Under the pieces are notes generated by a model. The model worked only from the letters and a program-made list of their open reading frames with translations, had not been told where the DNA came from and did not search any database. A stretch of DNA of 64,000 nt, taken from Psilocybe cubensis. Its lineage: Eukaryota. Shown one piece after another: positions 1 to 11,916 of this stretch. Every line of letters begins with the position of its first letter. The stretch's first letter is position 1. Location of the stretch: NCBI GenBank assembly GCA_017499595.2, contig CM039010.1, forward strand, positions 2,108,001 to 2,172,000, read 5' to 3'. A program made the translations under genes and the position numbers.

Positions 1-32
1 GCACGGTGACACTCGAGTATTATGCAGTGAAC

Positions 33-160
33 ATAAGTGCATTCAAGTACAGTGTAAGTGCATGCAAGTGCAGTGCAAGTGCGCGCAAGTGCAATGTAAG
101 TGCAACGCGAGTGCATGCAAGTGCATGCAAGTGCGCGCGAGTGCACGTGAGTGCACGCGA
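33..160. repeat. Degenerate ~10-bp tandem repeat (GTGCATGCAA-like), probably subterminal repeats of a truncated transposon
   Basis: Repeated gtgcatgcaa / gtgcgcgcaa / gtgcacgtga / gtgcacgcga units. A related inverted stretch (ctgcacttgcgtgcacttat) lies at ~788-807. Confidence 0.55.
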
Positions 161-881
161 GGGTTTTCCGTTCATAGGAGTGGGTGTCCCAAACGGGAAA
201 TGACCAAAAAATGGAGAGAAAAAGAGAGAGACTCACGATGCTTTGCTTTTGTTAAAATTTTGAAGAGAAATGACTTGAAAGTACTTGAAAATATGTACGG
301 ATTGTCACAAACATAAATTTTGTGAAATACCGTGTGAAACGAGAGTCAATTTTTCAAAAATTTCGCGCTGACGCGCGTCCGAGAAATGGTCTACAGAGAG
401 AGTAAAAAACACCATTATGCAGAATGGGTATACCACAAAAACAGAAATATATAAGTTTCATATTTTACTTTCCCATACTCCAAGGCACAAGGTGTATTTA
501 CAACGAGTTCATTGGTCCTTGTGACGACAGATCACAAGTCCGTGACAACACATCCCTGGCAGTGCAATGTGACAGAAAATGGCGCACAAACTGTCGGAAG
601 CATATTTTAGAATCAATAGTCTAACAGAGGTAGTATTCAAAACTCATGCTAGCAGCCAAAATTGTTTATTTGCCTCAGACCTCAGTTGTACGAGCAAAAC
701 ATAGCATGTTCTCCTCACTCGGCATGCACCGGCACCTTAGTCCCGAGGAAATAATTGTGACATATTGGCACACTGTCACGCGGGACTCTGCACTTGCGTG
801 CACTTATTTTTCTATTTGCCCGAGCTTCCCGGGTCCTAACAGAACAACATTTTAACTTATCTTTGATAATTGGAGGCAACA

Positions 882-2426
882 CTAGCACAATTTTATAACT
901 ATCTGAGGACAACTTTGAAAGGACGCATTATTACTGGAATACAGCAAAATTAAACATTCATGAAACAATATCCTTCTCTCTGCTATGGTCACCAGTGTTG
1001 CTCTAACATGTTCAAACAGTTTAAATATGTTAAACTCTGTACTCTGGACTTTGGATATACAACTTGCCTCTATATTGCTGTCATTATCGAGGTTGTCTAT
1101 CCTGCGATGGAGACTTAAATGGAGGACGTTCCTATCTTTGACAACATAACGGTCATTAAGTCTACATGATCCGGTAAGTCCAGGCAGAAAAGACAAAAAC
1201 AAGTAGAGACTTACAGTGAGAGCAGCGATATCGAGAATGCTATCATGTGAGGGAAGCTTAGCATGGGAACTGCGCATTAAAGCTTTAGAATACTTGCACG
1301 AACCTTTTGGGACTACTTGAAGAATGCATATCCATTCGACTAAGCGTACATACAATCATGAGAGGTTCAAAGTCAGCTTATGAAAATGATGACGTACAAC
1401 CCTGAGGGTCTACGAGAAACTGCAACCAAGGTTCATGAGCAATGAGGTTTTTTGAAGTGGGATGGCTTGACCAACATACATATACGAGAACCGTTATCCC
1501 AGGTATTGCCGAAAGAAGCCCGGTTTCTGATAAACGCGTATGTCAACGTATGTCTGTTGTCATATAATATTTTGTTATCTTACTGACTGTCCATGCCATA
1601 ATTTGGTCTGCAATACCATCCAAGCTGTAGTTTTATGGTTAACATTTCTGTAGTGCAAAAAAGGTATTAGGATTTTACCTTCGTGTGACTTCTGTGCCCC
1701 TCTTTTTGAACGCGAGATAATAGAGTAGGAAGGACGATATGGCAATGTCGCTCGCACACCGCAACGACAATAAGCATGTTAACAACCAATGCCAGTTAAT
1801 AATGAATATTTGAAGTGTATCTGCGCGGATCAAGTTCACAATATTGTAAACTATTACAATCATGCGCAATAGAGCTACTGCGGCACAGCCCCAAAGCCAG
1901 CCCATGCCATGATTTCCGAAGACGCGGGCACGATTTACATAGAAAAGCTAATGATATTATTAGCTGCTGTATAGATATTGGATATTAATGCTCAAGACCT
2001 ACTTGAACAACAGGTTCAATAGTTCCGCTTACGAGAAGCGTGACCTTGCCGCTTGTAGGCAACTTGGAAAGCGAGGTAGGGTCGCCGTATTTAGTGACAA
2101 TGATATCGTAGAATGCCTGGCAGAAACATATTGAATGTCCAACTTGGCATACTCTGAAATAATATCGGTCATTAAATCTTCAAGCGGATAAAATATTAAA
2201 CTGACAGAAGAAACAGGACCTAAATACCCTAATTATGAGCCAGCGTGTCTAAATAATCAATGTAACAAATACGTACGAGCCCTTTGAGGAATGGTTTATC
2301 GTACGGAAATCGGGAAAAATATAGGTATGTTTGGGTGATTATCACACCTAACAAAATGCCCTGAATTATGTTTCCAGCCAACAGTATCCCTAAGGCTCTG
2401 GTTACAGTAGAGGGGAAGCCGGACAT
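882..2426 (-). CDS. Multi-exon fungal multi-TM membrane protein (DUF6534-like family); 3' end approximate
   Basis: Exon 1 reads MSGFPSTVTRALGILLAGNIIQGILLGVIITQTYLYFSRFPYDKPFLKGL, matching the G...G....L.G....Q.Y.Y...F..D...K N-terminus of this Agaricomycete family. Short GT-AG introns follow; late exons read FLVDPQG, EWICILQVVPK, FSISLLS, LNDR. Confidence 0.75.
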
Positions 2427-2924
2427 GCTGAGATGAAACGGATCCAGGTAGAGTTCTTAACAATCGCTGACAGAAGAGAGGTGAAGGCATAAAAAATGAA
2501 GTCTTTTCTCTATTTATCTGATACTCATGTGAGCTAAATGTAGAAGACTATAGAAAGCCACTCACGGGAAGGTGACAAATGCCTTGCAGTTACTGTTAAA
2601 CCATCTGATATATCACTCTTCGAAGATTTGATACTTTTTGAAGTTTCTAAAATAGCTGGCATGGATTTGGTAGTTGCTTGGAGTCCGTGGATATCAGTCA
2701 TTGCGGCAGATGCATTGAAATATTTTCGGATGATAGAATCACTCGTCAGATACTTAGCTCAGTTGAGAGATTGATTTCCGAAGTGCGTTTTCATTTTTCT
2801 CATGTTGCTGAGTCCAATCCTAGTTAATGCTCCCCTGAGGCTGCACATGACCGTATTTTGATGAGTACTAAGTACTAAATGCCCACGACCTCGGCATTAA
2901 CTGAACGCAGGAATTCTGGATACA

Positions 2925-3006
2925 CATTACACGTAATCTAGTACACAATAGTAAACACAATTTCCCTGGTACGGCAACTAATCGCGGCGAAGCCGCCTCT
3001 TCTAGT
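2925..3006 (+). mobile_element. Helitron-like 3' terminus remnant(s)
   Basis: GC hairpin GCGGC-GAA-GCCGC (2984-2996) followed by CTAG|T (3002-3006). A second CACGTAATCTAG|T lies at 2930-2942. Confidence 0.4.
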
Positions 3007-4198
3007 GAATAATCTGCCGATAGAAGCGATTTTTGCTTATCTAATTTCGGCTCCAGATTTTCGTGGGAATTCCGGCGAGAATGAAATCGGAGTCAAAAAA
3101 TCTTTGTGTTGCAGTTCCTGCAGGATCATTCTCCCGATTAAATTTTACAAAAATTTTTGACTCCGACTTAAATCGTCGCTTCTTAGTCCAGATCCTCTCG
3201 TAGGAAGTGGGACTGCCCTATATTGGATGGGAGATACGAAACACTAATGCTTATCACACTTTAATCGAATGGCAAAAGGTAACAAGATACTATACCAAAA
3301 GTACAGATTTCACCTAGTATATTCTCGCCACCGTGATATTACAATTTTATAAGCCTAACAAAGATAGCATAGAGGACGCTAAACCTGCTAAGCCACCACA
3401 CGGAAGACAACTATATATATCAAACCTAAACCTGAACAATACATCAATCAGAATAAGGAATCAGACAAGCTCACGTTCTCATATTTAGCCCCACGCACGG
3501 GGAAAATTACGTTTATTTCCTCTCCCAAACTTCACAGCATCTCTGGATCAGCTCAGTTTACATTTTTATCACAATCAATTCCCAATGTATCAGAAAAAAG
3601 GGGTGAGAAAATTTCTCCTTCGTTTGTGAATCTTGATTCTTGATCCATAACATTTGACTTGGTAAGACTCCATAACAAAGAGTATAGACTTATGTACTTG
3701 AGGCATGGTGGGTCTTGAGATTGGACCCTTTATGTATTGACGGGCGATAATATCATCGGCTCCAGAGCACTGGTTATAGTGACGGCGCGGCAGAGAAGAC
3801 TCTAATTTTAACCGGGTAGTTATTTCTTTTTGAAGTTCGACTTACCTCTGATATGTGTTCAGTGTAGGCTCTCATATCTCTAGCGACATATCCATATATA
3901 TAATAACACCAAATGGGGTTTTAATCTGTTTCAAGACCTTTCGCAGGTACCGGTGTTATAGTTGTCATAGATGATTCCTTGGGGCTTCCACACGCTACAG
4001 GGAAAATATGCTTCATATTTCGGGTGTTTGATCAATCTATCAGCGCCGCCGCACCGACGGGTTATACGGCGGAATAGAAAAGGTATTGATAACATTCATT
4101 TTTTTCTGTGCAATCAATCAGAGCATGATCAGAAGGCACCATGGTGTGCAACAGATAAAGGCGAAGTAAAAGACCAAGGCGGACTGCAGCCCCATATT

Positions 4199-5717
4199 AT
4201 GTCCTCACCTTCTCTACCTTCCCCAGCACATGGATTCGATGCCAATAACACGCTGGGTGCATTACTCATTGGGCTTTTTGCATCATCCTGTTTCTTTGGT
4301 ATAAGCTCTGTCCAAATTTACTTATACCAAAGGCGGTTCAAAGACGATAGAGCCTCGCTCAAAGCACTGGTGTGGCGACTTGTTCTTTTCTCTAATCCAA
4401 TACTAAGTCTAGTAACAAATAAGGTCGCTATTGTATGGTACGCGGCATTCTTTTATGAATATTGGAGATTTACAATCGATATTTGCTAATCCTATCAATA
4501 GGTCCTTGGAGCTTGCCCACTGCATCTGCATCTGGGATGCCTTTTATCTATATAGCGTCACATGGTATGGCCAACCAATGATGCTTTCTAGGCTCCCAGT
4601 CTCTCTGGACATATCTTTGTTAATCAGCGGGATTATCAGTGGCATAGTCCAAGTACGGTATTTCCTCGTCACTATCAGAGAAGCAACTGAGGTTCCTATA
4701 GGCATTTTTCATTGATCGTATTCGGATCGTTAGTGGAAAGAAGCTCATTCCAATAGTAGCCTGGTTAATGGGCATCCTCCGAATGAGCTTCATTTTGTTC
4801 ATTATCATAAAGGGAACACATATGACGAATCTTAAAGACTTCATCAACCAGTGGAAAAGATACATAATAGCCTCATTATGTGTTGGGGCTGCACTGGACT
4901 TTATGATCATGGTAACATTATCATACCACCTCCGAACTATGGGTCCACAGTTCCGAAGGTGAGTAAACCTTCCGCTTTTTAGAAATGTCTGATATTCAGG
5001 CCTATATTCTTTTCATTTAGTACCTCAATCACCGTGGATAAAATTACCACATGGACCATTCGTGCGTCTGCTACTCCTCTGCTATATTTCCATTAATCTA
5101 ATCCATAAAAAAGAGGCTGGAGCTGTAACTGGTGTCATTGATCTCCTCATCATATTATGTGCAAGTATCCTGTCCCTCTGTACTTCATATCTTAGTAACA
5201 AAGTATGCGCAGTTCGTGGTCATTCCGTACAACTGTAAGACATATACCCCTATTTACTCCCAGATAAATTTATTGAGTATCAACACCTCATACCTAGACA
5301 TTTGGCTGTCAATTTACGTATTCGCTGCACGTGGTAAGAGTACTTCACTGGACGTTCAACCTTAGCTTCGGAACTTGATTAACATACTGATTTATTCAGT
5401 CTTCTCAAACAGCTTGTTTGGCTCGTATGTGTGCAATGGATAATTTATGACTCTAATACTAATGGAGTATTGCCGTTGTTAGCCTCAACAAAAGGGTTTT
5501 ACTCCGAACTGGAGAGGAACCGAATGCAGTGAGGTTAGGCCCCCAAGTCCTCGACGAAAGCAATTTAGCATTTCAGGTGAGGCCACTTGTTCTATTCCTC
5601 TGTTTAGATTTGTTTTGACATCGTCACCACTACCGTAAGCCTGGCTTGGAGATACGAGTAACTCAAGCAACAGTTGTCAAAGTGGATCCGGTTTATGAAT
5701 GGCGCGACTTGATATGA
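4199..5717 (+). CDS. Multi-exon fungal multi-TM membrane protein (DUF6534-like family)
   Basis: MSSPSLPSPAHGFDANNTLGALLIGLFASSCFFGISSVQIYLYQRRFKDDRASLKAL, then SLELAHCICIWDAFYLYSVTWYGQP, DFMIMVTLSYHL, VDKITTWTI, FSNSLFGS, LNKR. GT-AG introns; predicted stop TGA at 5715-5717. Divergent from its paralogue at 882-2426. Confidence 0.8.
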
Positions 5718-7057
5718 TCGAACACTTCAAGATATCATTGTAAATATGACAAGATACTTGAAATTTTGAATCACCATGTTTTCGCGGACTTCTGCCCTCT
5801 AACTACACGCTCATTGCTGCTGACTGGTGGCCCACGCTCGATCTGGAAGTTAGCTAGTCGCCAGCATGCTTTCCAAACCCCACCCTTGTGCCATCTCCAC
5901 CTCTTCTCATTCTCAAGTTGTAATTCCGGTCCCAGTACATTAGAATTGACATCTTAAGGATTTTTGACTTTATCTGGCTCTCTTGCGACTTCAGATTGGT
6001 GATGAGACGACGAGAACAGTATACTGCCGTTAGTGTTGGCAGGTTTCGCGCCAGGTGTGCCGTGTATGTGTGTGTATATGGTGGTTGCTGTTGTTGGACT
6101 TTTGATTTGTAATCGCGTTTTAATCTGGTGTCTTGGTTAATTGGACTGTGTATACGCTGAGTTTTACATACAATCCTGGCAGATAAATTTTCATCTCAAT
6201 TAGATGACGAAGTAATTCTAAACACAAGTTTCTCCAGATTTCTTGCTGAAATCCATCTGAGCAGCTGAAATCCATCTGAGCAATGCGATAGGTGAGCGGA
6301 AGCACTATACTGCCTGGTACAGTCAATCTTAAGTCCTCAGGGCCGAGGGCCTCAATTATCATTCCTAAGAACTTCGAAGAGATCCTGGGAGATATTCGAT
6401 GAAATTTAACGTATAGCAAGTCGAATATGCCTTCGTCCCTCATCGACATCCTCCATCTCTGCCTTAACTCCGATTCGAATCTCGGGTGTTTGATCCCGAC
6501 CCGGACTGACGAGCAAAAATACGATGTCGAAACATTGCTTTCTTGCCTATCGTCAGTCAGTCAGTCACCCATCCTTTCTTTGTGCACCGCGACCGCATAA
6601 TGGTCGCCCGGGATACCCAATCTAAAGTTACCAACCAAAGGAATGGCACTCTATCAGACGCCATAACTTGATTCTTCCCATGATATCGAGCCAATGTGGT
6701 ACATCAACATTTGTTCTATACTGGTATGATAAGGCTAATCAAATTGGAATCAGAAGGCCATCGCATGCACTGATATCAAGGCCTCTTCCAATTAGTACCT
6801 TGAAATTCTGGACGCACGCCCCTGCGGAAGATATCAAAGTGGTCTGATATTGTTCTGTGGACACGATAAAGATATATAACAACTGAAGGTATCCATCATG
6901 AATCAAAATGAACTTTTTCTACTTCCAAATCTCATAGCTATATCCCATTTGATAATTAATATATCCTAATGTCCAGAATATATATAGGAACATTACCTGG
7001 ACTTCTATACGCCACCCTGATATCTTCAACAATCAAGGGATCGTTATACTCGACATA

Positions 7058-8739
7058 ATGAATGCATCATCATTCCCCCCTCCATCACTTGACCATAATC
7101 AGGCCCTTGAAGAGCTTATAGGCGCATTGAAAGCCATACAAGTGGCAAAATACTGCTGGAGTAAGCCGCCCACAGCCCCCGAATGACAATATTCTCTGAA
7201 TACTGACAGTTATTGTATCATCATGATAGTTTCTGCGGCATGCGTCCTATTTTATGACTATAGTCAGTGAATATGCTGTTCGGTAGTAAATACGTTGAAT
7301 TGATCCATATTCTACCTAACCAGTCATAACATTTGGTCAGGAGGCAAGTACAAGTGTACCATTTCACGGAGCCGTATTGAAAATACTGCTTAGGTGTCAT
7401 TTCTCTGGGTAAGCAAATGTCGTATCATGTACCCAACTGGCTATCGCTTACCCTGATGTTGCTTCAAGGGCAGGAATATCAACTTCCTCAAGGCAGTATT
7501 TTTTTTCGTAAGATGATATATTAATGAGGTAGCTAGTACCAGGAATAACATGATTACTACTTTACATAGAACCGGTACTTTCTTAATGGGTCTGCCCCGT
7601 ACGTGTTATAGCGTTACTATACTGCATGCTTATAGCTCACGAGAATTTTTTTTGCAAGATTCGTATTATATGGTAACTACGTTTTATCATTTCAACCGTT
7701 CTCACTAAAGCTTCAAATTTCCAACAGCATATTACTCGGGAAATGTAACCAACAGTGTATGAAAAATTGTCATTGTGGCTGACTCACCCTAATCTGACTC
7801 GTTTTTGACAGCTGTAGGTTGCTTTTTCAGTCTGTACTTTATCACTGTTGGGTATTGATCCACATCCACGAAAATAAATCAAAGTTGTAAGTATCATCAA
7901 TCTGAGCCTTACGCAATATTCCACAAGAGTTAACAATTCAACAGGTGCGCAAGTTATGAAATATCACATAGGGTCAGGGATCATAGGGATTATAATCCCT
8001 CAAGGTATGGCCCACAGAAGGTCGTATATGAAGGCGCTCCCTGTTAATCTATGATACAGTGATTTTACAGATTCGTTTATATGCCTTGTTTAACCATAGC
8101 AAGTGGCTTCTTGCATGTTTGGTACCCCTTTGCATACTATCTGGAACGACAGCAGCCATAATAGGCGGCATGGCCTTCAATCAGGAACAGAGAGGTCAGG
8201 AGCAAGTCCCTGACAATTTTTACAAAAAATGACAGGGTCTATTCGAAGATCATGCGATACAGGCGTTGCCCGTCCCCTGGGGAGGGAAGTTTTGCGTCAC
8301 TGAAACGATTCCATCGTATCTGTACGCCTTTTGGATCCCTGCCATAGTATTTGAAGGAATTTTGTGCACTTTGGCTATTATGAAGGGAATTCAAAACTAC
8401 AAAGCGTACGGTGCTCGGTACACATTCGGGATGCGATTTCACAATATGATGGTCGGTGATTCGGTAGCTTACTTTCTAGCGTGAGTCAAAGTCGACCATA
8501 CCTTGATTACCCCTCAACGTAACAACACGTTCCATCTCCAGAATCGCTGGCGCGTACATTTCATGCATGACAGTTTGGAAGGTTTCGCCGGTAAGAATGT
8601 CTTCTACAACCATTCATGGGATCACACTGATATACTGCTACAGAATCATTTTGACGCCACGATGGGGTTTACAGTGGTGATCTCTGCCACTCTGTGCAAT
8701 CGTTTGGTTTTGAAGATGGTCGACATGGCCAAGAGATAA
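7058..8739 (+). CDS. Multi-exon membrane protein with DUF6533-like N-terminus
   Basis: Spliced reading MNASSFPPPSLDHNQALEELIGALKAIQVAKYCW..SAACVLFYDY..ITFGQE..SFLW..NRY matches the YDY.LTF..E...W signature. Later exons: YLYAFWIPAIVFEGILCTL, GDSVAYFL, LCNRLVLKM. Confidence 0.75.
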
Positions 8740-11700
8740 ATGTGCAATGAGATTTGATCTCTGTTATGTTGACTGTATTACCGACGTCGACAGTCATTGT
8801 AGAAGACCGAATGTGCAAATTTGACAACTTGCACGCGCGCATGTGTGGGTGGGCGGTCGTCTTGGTTGCTACAATCTATTCTTGTCTCTTTTTCTGAGCA
8901 GCCCACAATAGCGAAGCTGCTCGTCTAGAAAATCATAGACGTAAGAAGCAGAGGTAAACAAAACCTCGTTACTCTGACAATAGTCCATTAAGCAATACGT
9001 CAGTTGCGTCAAAGTACCTCCAAATCGCCACTCGATATTCAGCCTTCAGGTGTGCGTTATTTAACGCTGGTAGTGAATTTGGACTGACTCGGGTACGCAC
9101 TGGGAAAGTAACAATGACGTTTTCAGCGGCAGGTAAACGATACATGTTGCCAAATTAGAGTCGCCTCCAAGTGAAATGTGGTGCGCAGAACCACGCCGAA
9201 GGGAGCACAGAGCCACATAGGCAATCGTCCAGAGTCAAAGGGACAGACTGACGGAAAGGTCTCAGAGGAAACTTATAGTTCTGGCTTCCGACATCAGGGA
9301 CTCCAGGATTCGTGAAAAGAGAATAGAGGGAGAAAGTAGGATGGTACCGAGCAGAAACAAGCTCAATCTCAAAATCTCCATCCTCTGCTCTATCACTCTA
9401 GCTCCAGTCTCAAGTTTGAGCTACCCAGATCAGGCGGAGGTGGTGGGATATGTCACAGGCAGAAGTTGGAGGATGAGGGGGAGGGGGAAGAGCCAGAGGA
9501 CGCAAAACAGAGTTCATCTCTGGTAATGCTGAGCAGATGCCCATGCTAAAGACAAAAGTTGGCGTGGAGAACATAAATATGTACTCATGCCAAGCCTCGT
9601 ACTGCGCCACCTGGTCTCATCTCACAATTCGCGATTCATAACCCAGGGCATAAAATTTTGGAACGGTAGGTTCCCTGCGTGCGTTTCAGGTTGATGATTG
9701 AGAGTGTCCGGTCCGGGCCTTCTTAAGACTTCCTAACGGCATAACAGATGTAACGAGGAATGGCCAGTATCAGTGCTGTAGCCATCGTTCGCTAGGATGG
9801 GCACGGCGGCGGCGGTAGTGGTGGTGGTGGTGGTGGTGGTGGGTTGTGGGTGGCTGGTGCTGTTTCGTTCAACTTGAATGCAGTTACCACGGTCATGTGA
9901 GGTTGTTGATAATTGACCGGGAGCAGTACGCCCACTTCTCAGGCTGAATTATCGTGGACTGTGGGTCAATTTGGGGTCAATGTCTTATGCGTCATCTGCT
10001 TACTGGTTATAGCACCCTTAATCTTTGTCTGAGCCTCAAGTCAAACGACACCCTGTGCGCATCCCACTTCAAGGAGATGGGCGCTGCGTAAGAGCGGCCC
10101 TCGTCATCGAGGCGCCGTTTGCAGATTGAACTGCCATCCAACGCGTTCGTCGTAAACTTGTTCAACAAAGTACCTCCTCATGCTTCGGGTGCCGCAGGAC
10201 TCAGTTGTGCGGAGAAGGTATAATCGCGTGTTTGGGCTGCTTGGTGTTGGTCAAGGAGCCTGACTCACGCGGCAAAGCAAAACTTATGTCAATGGCAAGG
10301 GTAATGACAATGCTCACGCGCGATTGACGTTGAGATCTTGGGACGTTGTGTAGATCTATGGCCGACGCCGTCCATTGCCTCAATAGATGTGACACGGCGC
10401 CCACGACGTCCCATAACAAGCACGAACGCCGATTCCAATGCGACGAGCAAGTTCGCGTCGCGTCACACTTCCTTCCCTTGTCGTGGTGTGGTGGGCAGTT
10501 TCGCTTCCGTATTTTCCTCACCCCGGGTCGTAAATTTTGGGGTAGGATATGAGCAAAAGGTAAGATGAACTTGTTGTTTGTCACTCCATTTCTGAGTCGC
10601 CCCTCGCGTCGTACGCGTCGCACTTGTGCGTGGTAGATAATATGATCAGAACGCACCCGGTCTCTCTCTCTGTTCCCGATGCCGTTTATCGCCCAATAGG
10701 TACCTAGAGCGGCGCCCGAACCAAACCCGATCCATTTTGTATTGTTTGGAGTTTCCCCGACTGCGGGTCGCGTTGCGTTGCGTTGCAGAGCAGCTCAGCA
10801 GGAGTAGGGTAGTTGGCTGTGGGTTGTACAAAGAAGGTGAGTGCATGCTACATTCAATACCGCCTATACAGTCACTCATTTTCATATTGATAAGACATAT
10901 GTGCAGTGAGATATGTACGATCCCCCATGTGCTAGCCCTATCCGGTATCCCTCATGCTATCGGTCGTTGTTTTGTCACGCTCAGTCCTTTTCAAAAAGCA
11001 CCCTTGGGATTTCACTTTGCATTGCGACGTCCTGCTTGTGCATCAGTAACTGCAAGTGAGTTCTATCCCGATGTGGACAACACAAAGTGTACCACAGGTT
11101 GTTTCAGGTGCCTTAATCGTTCGCGTCGTGTTGGGGTCGTGTTGGGCCCCGCGTTGGGTGTCATGACCGTGTCCTCTCATGTCCATATCCTATCATGTCT
11201 GTGTTGAGCTCGCGTCGTCTCGTGTCATTTCAAGTATGCGTCAGGTCTACATGTTATGCTCGCGTTGGTGTCGGACACGTTAAGCATTATATTTTGTTGG
11301 ATTTTTGTGTTGGATTTTGTGTGGGTCGGGCATGTGTCACGTTGAAGTTGTGCTGCGTGGCTGAAATAAAAAGTGGGTTTCTGTTCCTTCAGATATCCCA
11401 CATCCACAACGTGCCGGCCCAGAAATACTCAGGCATGGGAATGCGCTGGTGGTTTTGTAGAAGGGATATGTCGCATGTCACACCCGAACCGTCATAGTAT
11501 GCCGCTGCGCACCGCATGGTGCCATTTCCCTACTAGTCCGCGTGCCCCTCTTCGAACACGCACTTCCGAATTGCCAGAGGTTTTTCCGGAAAATCCTCTC
11601 TCTCTGGTTCCCATATCCTCACTTCTCAAAAGAGCTATCAAGAAGGGTAAAACCCCAGGTGACTGTGACACCCTTTCCCCTCCGTGGTCGAGCCAAATTA

Positions 11701-11916
11701 CCTCTAGTATCGGAACCACCCGGAAAAAATGCAGGCTCTAAGCTCTATGTTTTTATCCGGGAAACACACCGATGCCAGCTGATACCAGGGCACCGGGACA
11801 GGCTTTCACGGTGCCTCTTACTACCCAACTCGAAGTTGTCTCGAATCGTGTACATTTCTCTCTCGCACTTCATTGAAGTGTTCTCTGCATGCTTGCTTCT
11901 TTCAAATCGCTTACAC

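Noticed and set aside
6-316. Cys-rich ORFs at the window start
   Set aside because: They are translations of the GTGCA-type tandem repeat.
6120-6449. 109-aa minus-strand ORF
   Set aside because: No recognisable family or supporting exons; may be a gene fragment.
9270-9610. Coding-like minus-strand stretch (YEAWHEYIFMFS...)
   Set aside because: Contains in-frame stops and I could not identify it; possibly a pseudogene fragment.
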